Of a stretch of DNA of 64,000 nucleotides, positions 1-9,488 are shown piece by piece. Source of the stretch: an uncultured bacterium (GTDB lineage: Bacteria > Oederibacteriota > PGYV01 > CAWJRG01); contig CAWJRG010000010.1 of assembly GCA_963845185.1 (NCBI GenBank), forward strand, positions 608,001-672,000, given 5' to 3'. How positions within the stretch are numbered: the first letter of the stretch is position 1; each line of letters opens with the position of its first letter. The notes under the pieces were generated by a model. The model saw only the letters and a program-made list of their open reading frames with translations. It was not told where the DNA came from and made no database searches. The position numbers were made by a program, and so were the translations under genes.

Positions 1-1128
1 CCCTAAAACTCCATTAATAATCCTGCTTATTTCTTTTACCTGATTTTCAAGCGTAAATTTTTCTCTTACTGTTTTAACCGCATTTTTCTTTATTTTTAAA
101 AGCTTGTTTCTTTTCGTATACACTTCTAGTATTTTTTCTGCAAGCGATGATTCATTTATATTGTCAGCCAGGAATCCGTTATAATTGTTTTTTATTATTT
201 CTTTTGTCCCGCCTGCATTAAATGCGATTACAGGAAGCCCCTGCGCCATTGCCTCTATTGTCACCAGCCCGAAAGGCTCCGCTGGCGACGGTAGAATAAA
301 AGCATCGAAAGCCGGAAGATACGCCTGCTTGTCCTGGTATCCTGTAAAAACAAGCGTGTCGGAAAGCCCAAGGTATTCTGCCAATTTTTTCAGCTCATGT
401 TCTGTTTTTACGTCGTTGTCCTCCCCTTTGCCTATTATCAAAAATTTAATATCCTTATTCTTTTCCTTTATGAGCGCGGCTGCTTTTATCAGAATATCAA
501 AGCCCTTGTTGCTGCGCAAAAAACCAACGCTTCCGGCCATAAAATTATCTTTGAATCCGTATTTTTTTCTTATTTTTTGTATTTGGCTACGCCCTTTAAA
601 GTCCTTTATTTCAATGCCATTATGCACTGTTATTAATTTGTTCTCGTCCACACCCAAGGCGGCAAGCGAGTCACGGACCGCTTTAGATACACATATTATT
701 TTCCGCACCATTTTTGAAAAATGCCTTATCTGCCTTGCCATATAAGAATTATGTGTCTTGTCTATTATGATATGCTTGTGCCATATAAGCGGTATTTTTA
801 AAAAATTCGCCGTATCTGCCGAAAGCTTTACCGAAAAAAAATTATTTGCATATATAAGGTCCGGCTTCTCTTCCTTTAAAAAAGCCAGCAATTTTTTTTG
901 AAATAAAAACATTGGTATAAAATGCCTGAATTTAACTGTTTTCGGTGAAGGTATGTGGAAATATCTTATTTTTAATTTTGTCAGTTCTTTTTCTATATCT
1001 CCCTTTTTAAAAACAAGCACTGAAATGTCGTATTTACACTTCAGCTTGTCAATAAGCCTTAAAAGCACTGCCTGACCGCCGCCTATAAAAGGAAAATACT
1101 CTAAAAAAAGTATCTTTTTACCAATCAT
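1..1128 (-). CDS. Glycosyltransferase family 4 (GT-B fold), runs off the window edge
   Basis: Not in the ORF track because no stop lies in the window. Translated by eye from ATG 1128: MIGKKILFLEYFPFIGGGQAV...NKGFDILIKA...ILPSPAEPFGLVTIEAMAQGLPVIAFNAGG, containing the GT4 E-x7-E motif. Confidence 0.9.
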   Translation of the reverse strand, partial: MIGKKILFLEYFPFIGGGQAVLLRLIDKLKCKYDISVLVFKKGDIEKELTKLKIRYFHIPSPKTVKFRHFIPMFLFQKKLLAFLKEEKPDLIYANNFFSVKLSADTANFLKIPLIWHKHIIIDKTHNSYMARQIRHFSKMVRKIICVSKAVRDSLAALGVDENKLITVHNGIEIKDFKGRSQIQKIRKKYGFKDNFMAGSVGFLRSNKGFDILIKAAALIKEKNKDIKFLIIGKGEDNDVKTEHELKKLAEYLGLSDTLVFTGYQDKQAYLPAFDAFILPSPAEPFGLVTIEAMAQGLPVIAFNAGGTKEIIKNNYNGFLADNINESSLAEKILEVYTKRNKLLKIKKNAVKTVREKFTLENQVKEISRIINGVLG

Positions 1129-2137
1129 CGTTTAACCTATAACTATTTATCTGCCCGTCTTTTTGCTCTTGAATCTGGTCGCCCTGCACGCCGCCTTTAA
1201 TGTCTGAAGGAAAAACAAAGTCAAGTGTTATACCGAGCCTGTTGTTAATGCTGTCCGGTAATATGGGATCAATGGTAAACGCGTAGTCAGCTTTTATATC
1301 GAATACTTTTGACGCGACAAAGCATACTCCCGCGCCTGCTGTAAGGCCGTTGTCATAGCCTAAACGGATACAAAACGCATCTATCCTTGCCTCAACTCCA
1401 GCATTAAACCTCGCAGGCCCGAAAGTATTGTATAGAATATCGCCGTCGGCTGTTAGTTCTGTTTTATCTATATTAAACAGGTTTTTAAAACTATACGATA
1501 TCCCTGTTGCGATTGTAGCGGGTATTGACTCATTAGCTGAACTGCCTGCCCAGCTTATGTCTGACCCGATATTTTCAAATGAAGCGCCCACCCTTAATCC
1601 GGGCATAAGTTCAAGAAGCAACCCAATATCAAAACAAAAGCCGTTTGAGCTCGCCTGGCTTATGTTGTGCATCAGGTATTTTGCGTTTACCCCCAGGCTT
1701 AAACTTTTTGAAATCCGTAGGGCTGCCGAGCCTGTAAATATATTCGTCGTATCCGAAAAAGTGCTGTCCGGGTTTGGGGAATTTGTCGCCCTCGCCTCAA
1801 TATTACTTCCGGCTGAATAATTAATCCATGAAATGCCGTAGGAATAAGTATTTTGGTCTATCAAAAAAGGCTTTGCCAGTGATAAATAATTCATATTTCT
1901 TCCAAATGTCAAAAAATATGTTTCCGCCATGAATTGCAGGCTTGAAAGCTGCGTTAATCCAGCCGGGTTATAAAAAGCAGCTGAACAATCGTCTGCAATT
2001 GCGGTAAAAGCTGATCCCATGCCTGTCGCGCGCGGCGATGAGCCTAGCATCAAAAATGCGTCAGGCTGCCCGCCGTAACCGGCAAACGCCCTGCAGGCTG
2101 TCAGGAATAGGACTGTGATTATTACCGCTTTTTTCAC
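1118..2137 (-). CDS. PorV/PorQ (UPF0164)-family outer-membrane beta-barrel protein
   Basis: Signal peptide, N-terminal FLMLGSSPRATGMGSAFTAIADDCSAAFYNPAGL motif typical of the PorV/FadL-like family, and amphipathic beta strands. Confidence 0.8.
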   Translation of the reverse strand: MKKAVIITVLFLTACRAFAGYGGQPDAFLMLGSSPRATGMGSAFTAIADDCSAAFYNPAGLTQLSSLQFMAETYFLTFGRNMNYLSLAKPFLIDQNTYSYGISWINYSAGSNIEARATNSPNPDSTFSDTTNIFTGSAALRISKSLSLGVNAKYLMHNISQASSNGFCFDIGLLLELMPGLRVGASFENIGSDISWAGSSANESIPATIATGISYSFKNLFNIDKTELTADGDILYNTFGPARFNAGVEARIDAFCIRLGYDNGLTAGAGVCFVASKVFDIKADYAFTIDPILPDSINNRLGITLDFVFPSDIKGGVQGDQIQEQKDGQINSYRLNDDW

Positions 2138-2209
2138 CGCAATAGGCTCCTTTTTAATGTTGTAAATTTTAATTCCCGTTTCCGGTTTAAAAATTTCTAA
2201 ATCAACATG

Positions 2210-3874
2210 TCAATACAATACCGCTATTTTATTTTTTCCATAGGTATTTTGTGATTTTACGAGGTAAAAATACGTGCCATTGGCCACTTGTTTACCGCTC
2301 GAGTTCGTGCCGTTCCAGTGAACAAAATTATACCCCATCGCTACGTTGCTGCTTTGCAGGTCCTGTGACCAGACAAGGTTTCCTCCACCGTCGTAAATTT
2401 CTATTTTTACATTGGCAGGAGCCTGCATAATAAAAGTTATGTTTGTAAATCCATTCTTAGTCGGGGAAAATGGGTTTGGCCAGTTGTATGTTGTTATACC
2501 GCTGGTTGAACTTGGAGTATTTAAGTTTCCTGAAAGTGCTCTGTAAACATTTATCCTGCCCCAGCCTGTGCGGTTATCGTATCCGGCCGTGTAAACATCG
2601 TCCGCGCTTTGTTCTATTATGTTTATTATCTGGTCGGGCGTTTTATCATCGTATTTTAAAAGCAAAAGAGCGGCAAGCCCTGAAACAAATGGTGTAGAAA
2701 AGGAAGTCCCATCCATCTCAATTCCGTCGCAAGAAAAGTTAATTTCGCTATAACTACCGTCGTAAGAACCGTTGGTATTGCAGCTCATAATAGAAACCCC
2801 TGGCGCCGCCACATCAATTTTGCCGTAATTTGACCATGGAGCCGGTTGATCATTCTGGTCAGTTGCCGCAACTGCTATTACGTTTGGATAAGCTGCAGGA
2901 TATGAAGTATTTATAGGGTTGTTATTTTCGTCGCCATTCCCTGCCGCCGCTACATTTATACAGCCTTGATTATAAGCGTAATTTATGGCATTCTGCAGCG
3001 CGTCGCTGCCCTGAGGTTCTCCAAAGCTGCAATTGAGAACCTTCGCGCCGTTATTGACTGCCCAGTAAATTCCTGAAATTATATCGCTTTCTTCTCCGTT
3101 TCCGTCAAAATACAGGACTTTAACAGGCATAACAAGTATTTTTGCTGCCCATGTGGAGTTCAAATAAGCCGTGCCTGCAATACCGGTTCCGTTATTTGTA
3201 TTTGCCGCTATTATGCCGGCAACATGCGTGCCGTGTCCGTAAATCGGCTCGCTTGAATCAATATTATCGTCATTCGTCGAAGCTGAAGGAGTTACCATAT
3301 TTGCACCATTTGTTATTCTTCCTAACATGTCCGGATGTGAGGACAGTAACCCTGTGTCAAGCACGGCAACTATTATGGTTTTATTTTTATTCGGGTCAAT
3401 CAGTCCTGCGTTGAAAGCAGTATCAGCCTGTATCTGCGAAAAACCCCATTGGCATCCTTGCTGATAAAAAGTATCGTTCGGTCCTGCCTGTGGCGTATAT
3501 AGTGCATATACGAAATGGTCCGGCTGTGCGAATAAAACTATATTTTCAGAGTTGATATCTTTTACAATATTTTCAAGGTTGTTTTTGTCCGCAGCCTGAA
3601 GCTGATAGACCGAAAAAGGCAAATTTGTAAGATATTTCTTTGCCCTTGTCAGGTGATGGATATTTTCAATCAAGGTTATCATGTCTTGTTTGTCCCGCAG
3701 GTCAACATTGTGCTTATTTTTAAAAAGGTTAATGTCGTTGCTCGTGATATTGTCTTTGTACTGTACGATAATTTTATCGCCGTACCGCGGTAATTTTGCC
3801 ATGCTGCGGTGTGCGGCAGCAATGAACGAATATGTAAAGGTGAAAATTAAACTTATTAAAATTATTTTTTTCAT
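2210..3874 (-). CDS. Subtilisin-like S8 serine peptidase with C-terminal FlgD-Ig/T9SS-like sorting domain
   Basis: Catalytic triad motifs VAVLDTG, HGTHVAG and GTSFSTP; signal peptide and prodomain; C-terminus YNWPNPF...WNGTNSSGKQVANGTYFY. Confidence 0.92.
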   Translation of the reverse strand: MKKIILISLIFTFTYSFIAAAHRSMAKLPRYGDKIIVQYKDNITSNDINLFKNKHNVDLRDKQDMITLIENIHHLTRAKKYLTNLPFSVYQLQAADKNNLENIVKDINSENIVLFAQPDHFVYALYTPQAGPNDTFYQQGCQWGFSQIQADTAFNAGLIDPNKNKTIIVAVLDTGLLSSHPDMLGRITNGANMVTPSASTNDDNIDSSEPIYGHGTHVAGIIAANTNNGTGIAGTAYLNSTWAAKILVMPVKVLYFDGNGEESDIISGIYWAVNNGAKVLNCSFGEPQGSDALQNAINYAYNQGCINVAAAGNGDENNNPINTSYPAAYPNVIAVAATDQNDQPAPWSNYGKIDVAAPGVSIMSCNTNGSYDGSYSEINFSCDGIEMDGTSFSTPFVSGLAALLLLKYDDKTPDQIINIIEQSADDVYTAGYDNRTGWGRINVYRALSGNLNTPSSTSGITTYNWPNPFSPTKNGFTNITFIMQAPANVKIEIYDGGGNLVWSQDLQSSNVAMGYNFVHWNGTNSSGKQVANGTYFYLVKSQNTYGKNKIAVLY

Positions 3875-3932
3875 TAGGCCATCCTTTGGTTTTCTATGCT
3901 GCTTTCCCGGAACACTGCCCCCCTGTTATCTG

Positions 3933-5119
3933 TCACGCTTTTTTATGCATTTGTTTTTCAATGCAGTCCATTATTTCCCCTGCAAGTTCTACTTTTGTGC
4001 CTTTGCCCTCAAAAATTATTCTTCCTTTTTTATTTAGAACCGTAATTTCATTTGTATCAGTCCCAAAACCAGAATCCGGTTTTGACACATCGTTAAAAAC
4101 TGTCAAGTCAAGATTTTTTTCTTTTGCTTTATCCCTGGCTTTTCCAACTTCCCGGCCGTAACCCGCGGAAAAACCCACAAGGATCCTTTTGCCTTTATGC
4201 CTTCCAACCTCGGCCAGTATGTCATGCGTCGGCTTTAACTCAAGCCTGATTGTCCCTTTTCTTTCTATTTTGCCTTTTACCTTTTCCACCGTGAAATCGC
4301 CCACCGCGGCCGCGCCTATTATCACGTCTGCTTTTTTATAATATTTTTTCACCAGGTTGAGCATATTTTCTGCCGACACTGCCTCGCAGACAACATCAGC
4401 CTCTGGAATAAAGCTGCTTTTCCCCGTAATAAAAATTACTTTTGCCCCTCTTGCCTGTGCCTCTTTTGCGAGAAAGTATCCGGTTTTGCCTGTGGCAGGA
4501 TTGGAAATGAACCTGACATCATCGATTGGCTCCCGGGTAGCGCCGGAAGTAATGAGCACGGTCTTATTTGTCAGTGTTTTTTTTTTAAATAGCTTAAAGT
4601 CTTTCCTATTATTGCGTTCGTGTCCTCTATATGTCCGTTTCCGTATTCGCCGCATGCAAGCTCTCCCTTGCCTGGCCCGATGAATATATAACCTGTTTTT
4701 GTCAGTTTTTTCACGTTTTCCTGAACTATCGTATTATTCCACATGCTGGCATTCATAGCAGGCGCCATTAAAATCTTTTTTTCACTTGCCATTACCACGG
4801 TAGTAAGCAAATCGTCGGCAATTCCAGATGCTATCTTTCCTATTATATTGGCTGTTGCCGGCGCTATCAAAATAAGGTCATTATCCCTTGCGAGGTCTAT
4901 ATGCTGGACTTTTTCTCCGAAATTTTTCGATTCAAAAAACATGTCGTCATATACCGGCCTGCCTGATAGGGTTCGAAGCGTAAGTGGTGTAATAAACTCT
5001 TTTGCCTCGTTTGTTACGATGCACGTCACCCCCACGCCTTTTTTTTGAAAACCCCTGATTATGTCGCAAGCCTTATAAGCTGCTATGCTTCCGGTTACTC
5101 CGAGTATAATATTGGCCAA
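3933..5119 (-). CDS. coaBC: Bifunctional phosphopantothenoylcysteine decarboxylase/synthetase CoaBC, split by a -1 frameshift at an A10 run (4577-4586)
   Basis: CoaC half (GVTGSIAAYK, APATAN, PAMN) in 4571-5119; CoaB half (VLITSGATREPIDDVRFISN, AAAVGDF) in 3933-4570. Adding one A fuses them into a 395-aa protein. Confidence 0.92.
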
Positions 5120-5123
5120 TGTA

Positions 5124-5351
5124 TCAGTCTGCTTCGTTTATTATTTTTACATCAAAATCCGGGTATTTTACCCTGTCTTCCAGAAACTCTTTCATGGCAA
5201 TAAGGGTAGGTTTAAGTTTCCTGTCTTCGTCTTCGGTTTCTTCCGGATTTTCCCTTATGTATTTTGCCCTGCTCGATACCGCCAGCACGGCTGCGTATTT
5301 ATTCGGGATTTTTTTCTCTATGTCTTTTATAGTAAATTCCATTTTTTTCAT
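5124..5351 (-). CDS. rpoZ: RNA polymerase omega subunit
   Basis: KIPNKYAAVLAVSSRA and KPTLIAMKE motifs; conserved gmk-rpoZ-coaBC order; GGAGG upstream of ATG 5351. Confidence 0.88.
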   Translation of the reverse strand: MKKMEFTIKDIEKKIPNKYAAVLAVSSRAKYIRENPEETEDEDRKLKPTLIAMKEFLEDRVKYPDFDVKIINEAD

Positions 5352-5373
5352 TTGCCTTACCTCCAAGTCTAAA

Positions 5374-5934
5374 TTATTTTTGACGCGCTACTATTTCTTC
5401 AAGGCGCATGATACTCTTCTTTAAATCTCGGTTTACAATAATATAATCATATTTTGTTGTTTCTTTCAATTCTTTTTTCGCCAGTGCCAGCCGCCTTCTT
5501 ATTTCCGGCATTTTGTCCGTTTTTCTTTTCAAAAGCCTTTTTCTAAGTTCCGGCAGCGACGGAGGCTTTATAAAAATTGTCACGCAGCTTTTTATCTTTT
5601 TCCTCATGCTGGCCGCGCCCTGGACATCTATATCCATTATGACATTTTTTTCCTTTTTTGTATTGCCAAAAACTGCTGAACGCAAAGTCCCGTAAAAATT
5701 ACCCACCACATTCGCATATTCAAGAAATTTTCTTTCCTTTATGAATTTCTTGAACTTTTTACAGGTAAAAAAATGATAATCCCTGCCGTCAACCTCGCCT
5801 TTCCTTTTTTTGCGGGTGGTGACTGAAACAGACAGGACAAAATCCTTTTTATGTCTTTTCAAAAATTCCTTTATTATTGTTGTTTTACCCGTGCCTGAAG
5901 GCGCGGATATGACAAATACAACGCCCTGTTTCAT
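5374..5934 (-). CDS. gmk: Guanylate kinase
   Basis: SAPSGTGKTT P-loop, SVSVTTR, GEVDGRDYHF, DIDVQGA. Confidence 0.97.
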   Translation of the reverse strand: MKQGVVFVISAPSGTGKTTIIKEFLKRHKKDFVLSVSVTTRKKRKGEVDGRDYHFFTCKKFKKFIKERKFLEYANVVGNFYGTLRSAVFGNTKKEKNVIMDIDVQGAASMRKKIKSCVTIFIKPPSLPELRKRLLKRKTDKMPEIRRRLALAKKELKETTKYDYIIVNRDLKKSIMRLEEIVARQK

Positions 5935-5956
5935 TTCGGCTTTTTGCTCCTTTGTT

Positions 5957-6832
5957 TCATTCCATGTTTTGCGATTGTTCCCTGATTTTATCGATATTTT
6001 CTTTTATTGCTATGGCGCTGTGCACAATATCGCAACTGCCGATTTTGCTCGTTATGGTATTGGCTTCCCTGTGCATTTCCTGCGCAATAAAATCAAGTTT
6101 TTTCCCGATTAATTTTTCGCTTTTAAGCATACTGAATGCCTGCTTTAAATGTGATTGCAGCCTGACTATTTCTTCGGTTATATCGTATTTGTCGAGTACC
6201 TCAACTATATCAGCACGCAAAAAATTCTGGTTTTCCTGCGCGGATTCATGTCCTGCAAAGACTGTCTTAATCCTTTCCCTTGCCTTTTCCATATATTGGT
6301 CCTTAAACTTTTCGTACATTTCTTTTATTTTAAGTGCTTGTTTTTCTATTAGGACGAGCTTTTTCCCAGTATCAGCCGCAATGTCCTTGCCTTCCTTTTC
6401 TTTCATTTTATTAAAACTCAGCAGTGCTTTCGCAAAATTCTTTTTCACCCTTGCCCAGTCGAATATTTCCCTGTCAACCGCGTCTTCGAGCGTTATTATG
6501 CCGTCAACGTTGGAAAATATTATATTTAAAGGTATGTCCTTTTTATATTTCACCGACCCGAGAAGTTTTTTCAGGGAATCATAGGTGCTTTTAAAAAGTT
6601 TTTTATTTAAGACAACTTTTTTCTCAAGTTTTGCCTTGTTAAGGTTGACATACACATCCACTTTTCCCCTGGTTATATTGTCGTTCAAATATTTATAAAT
6701 TAGCGGCTCGATAGCAAAAAATTCTTGGGGCATATGCAGAAAAATTTCCTTATACTTTGAGTTCAGTCCTTTTATTGTTATGGTGTATTTCAGGGTCTTG
6801 CAAGATCCCCATCCGGTCATGCTTAAAGGCAT
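5957..6832 (-). CDS. yicC: YicC/YloC family endoribonuclease
   Basis: N-terminal SMTGWG, DITEEIVRLQSH, GKKLDFIAQEMHREANTITSK, IREQSQNME; lies upstream of gmk. Confidence 0.93.
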   Translation of the reverse strand: MPLSMTGWGSCKTLKYTITIKGLNSKYKEIFLHMPQEFFAIEPLIYKYLNDNITRGKVDVYVNLNKAKLEKKVVLNKKLFKSTYDSLKKLLGSVKYKKDIPLNIIFSNVDGIITLEDAVDREIFDWARVKKNFAKALLSFNKMKEKEGKDIAADTGKKLVLIEKQALKIKEMYEKFKDQYMEKARERIKTVFAGHESAQENQNFLRADIVEVLDKYDITEEIVRLQSHLKQAFSMLKSEKLIGKKLDFIAQEMHREANTITSKIGSCDIVHSAIAIKENIDKIREQSQNME

Positions 6833-6845
6833 TAATCTTCCTCCT

Positions 6846-7595
6846 TTATTTTGAAGCCGCGACGCAGGCTATTATCAATCCTATTAATGCTATGCCGCCT
6901 ACGGCAAGCACGGCGTAAGGTGATTTTGAAGCCTGCACAAAGACGTTGTCTTCGCCCTGGTCGTTTTTAAGGGAATTGATTTCTTTTTTCAGCCTGGCAA
7001 TTTCAATATCATTGTTGTTAATGCTTTTTTTCAGCACCCCGAGAATATCGTCCCAGCCCTGCATTTTATCCATTTTTTCCTTCAGGCTGTCCTGCATGTC
7101 TGTGAAATCATCCATGTATTTATCTGTTTTTTTCTTGTTCTCCGCATATCCGGAATTCAGGGTGCTTAAATCATCTTTCAATTTGCTCACATCATCCGCA
7201 ATATTTGCTATTTCTATCGTCTTCTCTTCAAGCCTTTTTAAATTATCCTGAATTTCATCTATTCTTTTGTTCAGTTCTTTTATTTGCTCGTCGGTAACAG
7301 CGTTGGTTTCTTGGTTTTTGGTTTTTACATCGGCAGCAGCATTGGTTTCCTGTTTCTTGGCTTTTACTTTTGTTTCCTTTTTTGCCTCGCCCGCAGTTGG
7401 GGTGACCTGGTTTCCGGCACCGCTTTCTCCTGTTCCGGCATTGTCACTGTCGTCGGATATTGCGTTTCCCTGTGCTTTAAGCGCCGCGTCTGCATCCGCG
7501 TCTTTTGCCGCAGGCGCAGCAAAACAGAAATTTACCTGGGCAAAAACAAAAATAATAATTAAAAGGTAAATAAAATTATTGGTTTTGTGTTTCAT
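6846..7595 (-). CDS. Hypothetical exported coiled-coil protein with C-terminal membrane anchor
   Basis: Signal peptide from MKHK (7595), low-complexity linker, long heptad-rich region, C-terminal hydrophobic helix. Confidence 0.65.
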   Translation of the reverse strand: MKHKTNNFIYLLIIIFVFAQVNFCFAAPAAKDADADAALKAQGNAISDDSDNAGTGESGAGNQVTPTAGEAKKETKVKAKKQETNAAADVKTKNQETNAVTDEQIKELNKRIDEIQDNLKRLEEKTIEIANIADDVSKLKDDLSTLNSGYAENKKKTDKYMDDFTDMQDSLKEKMDKMQGWDDILGVLKKSINNNDIEIARLKKEINSLKNDQGEDNVFVQASKSPYAVLAVGGIALIGLIIACVAASK

Positions 7596-7866
7596 TTTTC
7601 TTTGCGACTTTTTCATATATGAAATCAAACAGCGAAACAAAGGTAAATCCCCCGCCGAATACCGCGAAAATAAATACAAATACATTTTCCATTACAGGGT
7701 CCATCTGGGCTCCGGTTGTAAAAAACACAATTATTGAGAGCAACACGAGAAACCCCCAAAAAAACAGGTTTATATAGAAATAGTCTTTAAGGGTAAAGTT
7801 TTCCTTATTGGCTTCTTCTTGTTTTTCTTTTTGGTCTCTTTGTTCCTTGTTTTTATTTTTCGCCAT
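7576..7866 (-). CDS. Hypothetical small two-TM membrane protein
   Basis: Charged N-terminus and two hydrophobic helices; GAGGTGG upstream; in operon. Confidence 0.6.
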   Translation of the reverse strand: MAKNKNKEQRDQKEKQEEANKENFTLKDYFYINLFFWGFLVLLSIIVFFTTGAQMDPVMENVFVFIFAVFGGGFTFVSLFDFIYEKVAKKNETQNQ

Positions 7867-7970
7867 AATCCACCTCTTTATCTGCTAAGTATTGTTTATT
7901 AATTATCAAACATTTATTTGTATATTTTACTATCAACATTCAACAATCAACCATCAACATTTTTTATTTA

Positions 7971-9257
7971 TTATTCCCTGCCTATACCCGTGTATTCGAA
8001 TCCGGCTTTTTTAACATCCTTTGGCTCGTAAATGTTCCTGCCGTCGACTATTGCCGGGTTTTTCATGAGCTTTTTGATTTTTTTAAGGTCAAGCTCCTTA
8101 AACTCTTTCCACTCGGTCAAAACCACAAGACAATCCGAATCTTTAGCGGCCTCATAAGGGCTTTCCACATATTTTACTCCCTTTAACACCTTTTTTGCGT
8201 TTTCAACAGCCACCGGGTCGTAAGCTTTTATCCTGCACCCTTTTTCAAGCAGCGCCGCCATGACATCTATTGCCACAGCTTCCCTTATATCGTCGGTATC
8301 TGGCTTAAACGCGATCCCCAGTATCCCAACCTGCCTGCCCTCCAGTGTCCCCATGATATTTTTTATTTTATTAACGACTATTTTTCTCTGCTGTTTGTTT
8401 ACTTCCATGACAGCGCTCAGCAAAATCGGCTCGTAATCCTCATTCCTTGCCATGCACCTGAGGGCAGCGACGTCCTTGGGGAAACACGAACCGCCGTATC
8501 CTGCGCCGGCATTTAAAAACATTTTCCCTATTCTTTTGTCCAGCCCCATGCCGCTTGCTACCATCTCAACGTCGGCCCCCACCCTCTCGCAGATGTTCGC
8601 TATTTCGTTTATAAAAGAAATCTTCATAGCAAGGAAAGTATTAGAAGCGTGCTTTATCATTTCAGCGCTTCTTATGTCGGCTATTATTATTTTCGCGTTA
8701 AGCGGCTTGAATATTTCCGCTACTTTTTCCGCGGCTTCCTTCCGCTTTGCGCCGATAACAACCCTGTCAGGGTTCATAAAGTCATGTATAGCGCTTCCTT
8801 CCCTGAGGAACTCGGGACAGGAAGCAACATCAAATTTGTATTTCCCTTTTGAGTATTCGTCTATTATGCTTTCTACAATATCCCCCGATCCCACCGGAAC
8901 GGTTGATTTATCCACAATTATTTTGCTTGAGTTCATGTTTTTCCCAATCTCTTTGGCAACCGACTTGACGTAAGTCAGGTCCGCCTCGCCGGTTTCCGTG
9001 GGCGGCGTTCCAACTGCAATAAATATTATGTCTGATTTAACAACACCGTCCTTAAGGCTGGTAGTAAAAGTGAGCCTTTTTTTGTTTCTCTTCACAAGTT
9101 CTTCAAGCCCTGGCTCGTAAATAGGAAGTATATTTTTCTTTAAATTTTGTATTTTTTTCAGGTCAATATCTACGCATATCACATTGTTTCCCAGGTCAGC
9201 CATGCATGCGCCTGTAACCAGCCCAACATATCCTGTCCCTACTACACAAATGCTCAT
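7971..9257 (-). CDS. ugd: UDP-glucose 6-dehydrogenase
   Basis: GTGYVG Rossmann motif, KSTVPVG, PEFLREG, catalytic GGSCFPKD, FKPDTDDIRE. Confidence 0.96.
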   Translation of the reverse strand: MSICVVGTGYVGLVTGACMADLGNNVICVDIDLKKIQNLKKNILPIYEPGLEELVKRNKKRLTFTTSLKDGVVKSDIIFIAVGTPPTETGEADLTYVKSVAKEIGKNMNSSKIIVDKSTVPVGSGDIVESIIDEYSKGKYKFDVASCPEFLREGSAIHDFMNPDRVVIGAKRKEAAEKVAEIFKPLNAKIIIADIRSAEMIKHASNTFLAMKISFINEIANICERVGADVEMVASGMGLDKRIGKMFLNAGAGYGGSCFPKDVAALRCMARNEDYEPILLSAVMEVNKQQRKIVVNKIKNIMGTLEGRQVGILGIAFKPDTDDIREAVAIDVMAALLEKGCRIKAYDPVAVENAKKVLKGVKYVESPYEAAKDSDCLVVLTEWKEFKELDLKKIKKLMKNPAIVDGRNIYEPKDVKKAGFEYTGIGRE

Positions 9258-9427
9258 TTCTTAAATTACCTCCGTCTTAGATGAATGCGACCGGCACTTC
9301 ATACCGATAACAGCAAAAATATTATCATAATCCCGGCGTTTTTACAATTTAAAAGTATCCCCCTTATTTATTACGGTCAAAGTGGCAATATATCGCATTT
9401 TTATCGAGTAATTTTTAGTAAACTGCC

Positions 9428-9462
9428 AAAAATACAAAGCCCGGAGCTTGCGGCCCCGGGCT
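9428..9462 (-). terminator. Intrinsic terminator after the 9489-10817 gene
   Basis: Minus strand AGCCCGGGGC-CGCAA-GCTCCGGGCT followed by TTGTATTTTT. Confidence 0.65.
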
Positions 9463-9488
9463 CTTAAATATATATTAAACCAATTATG

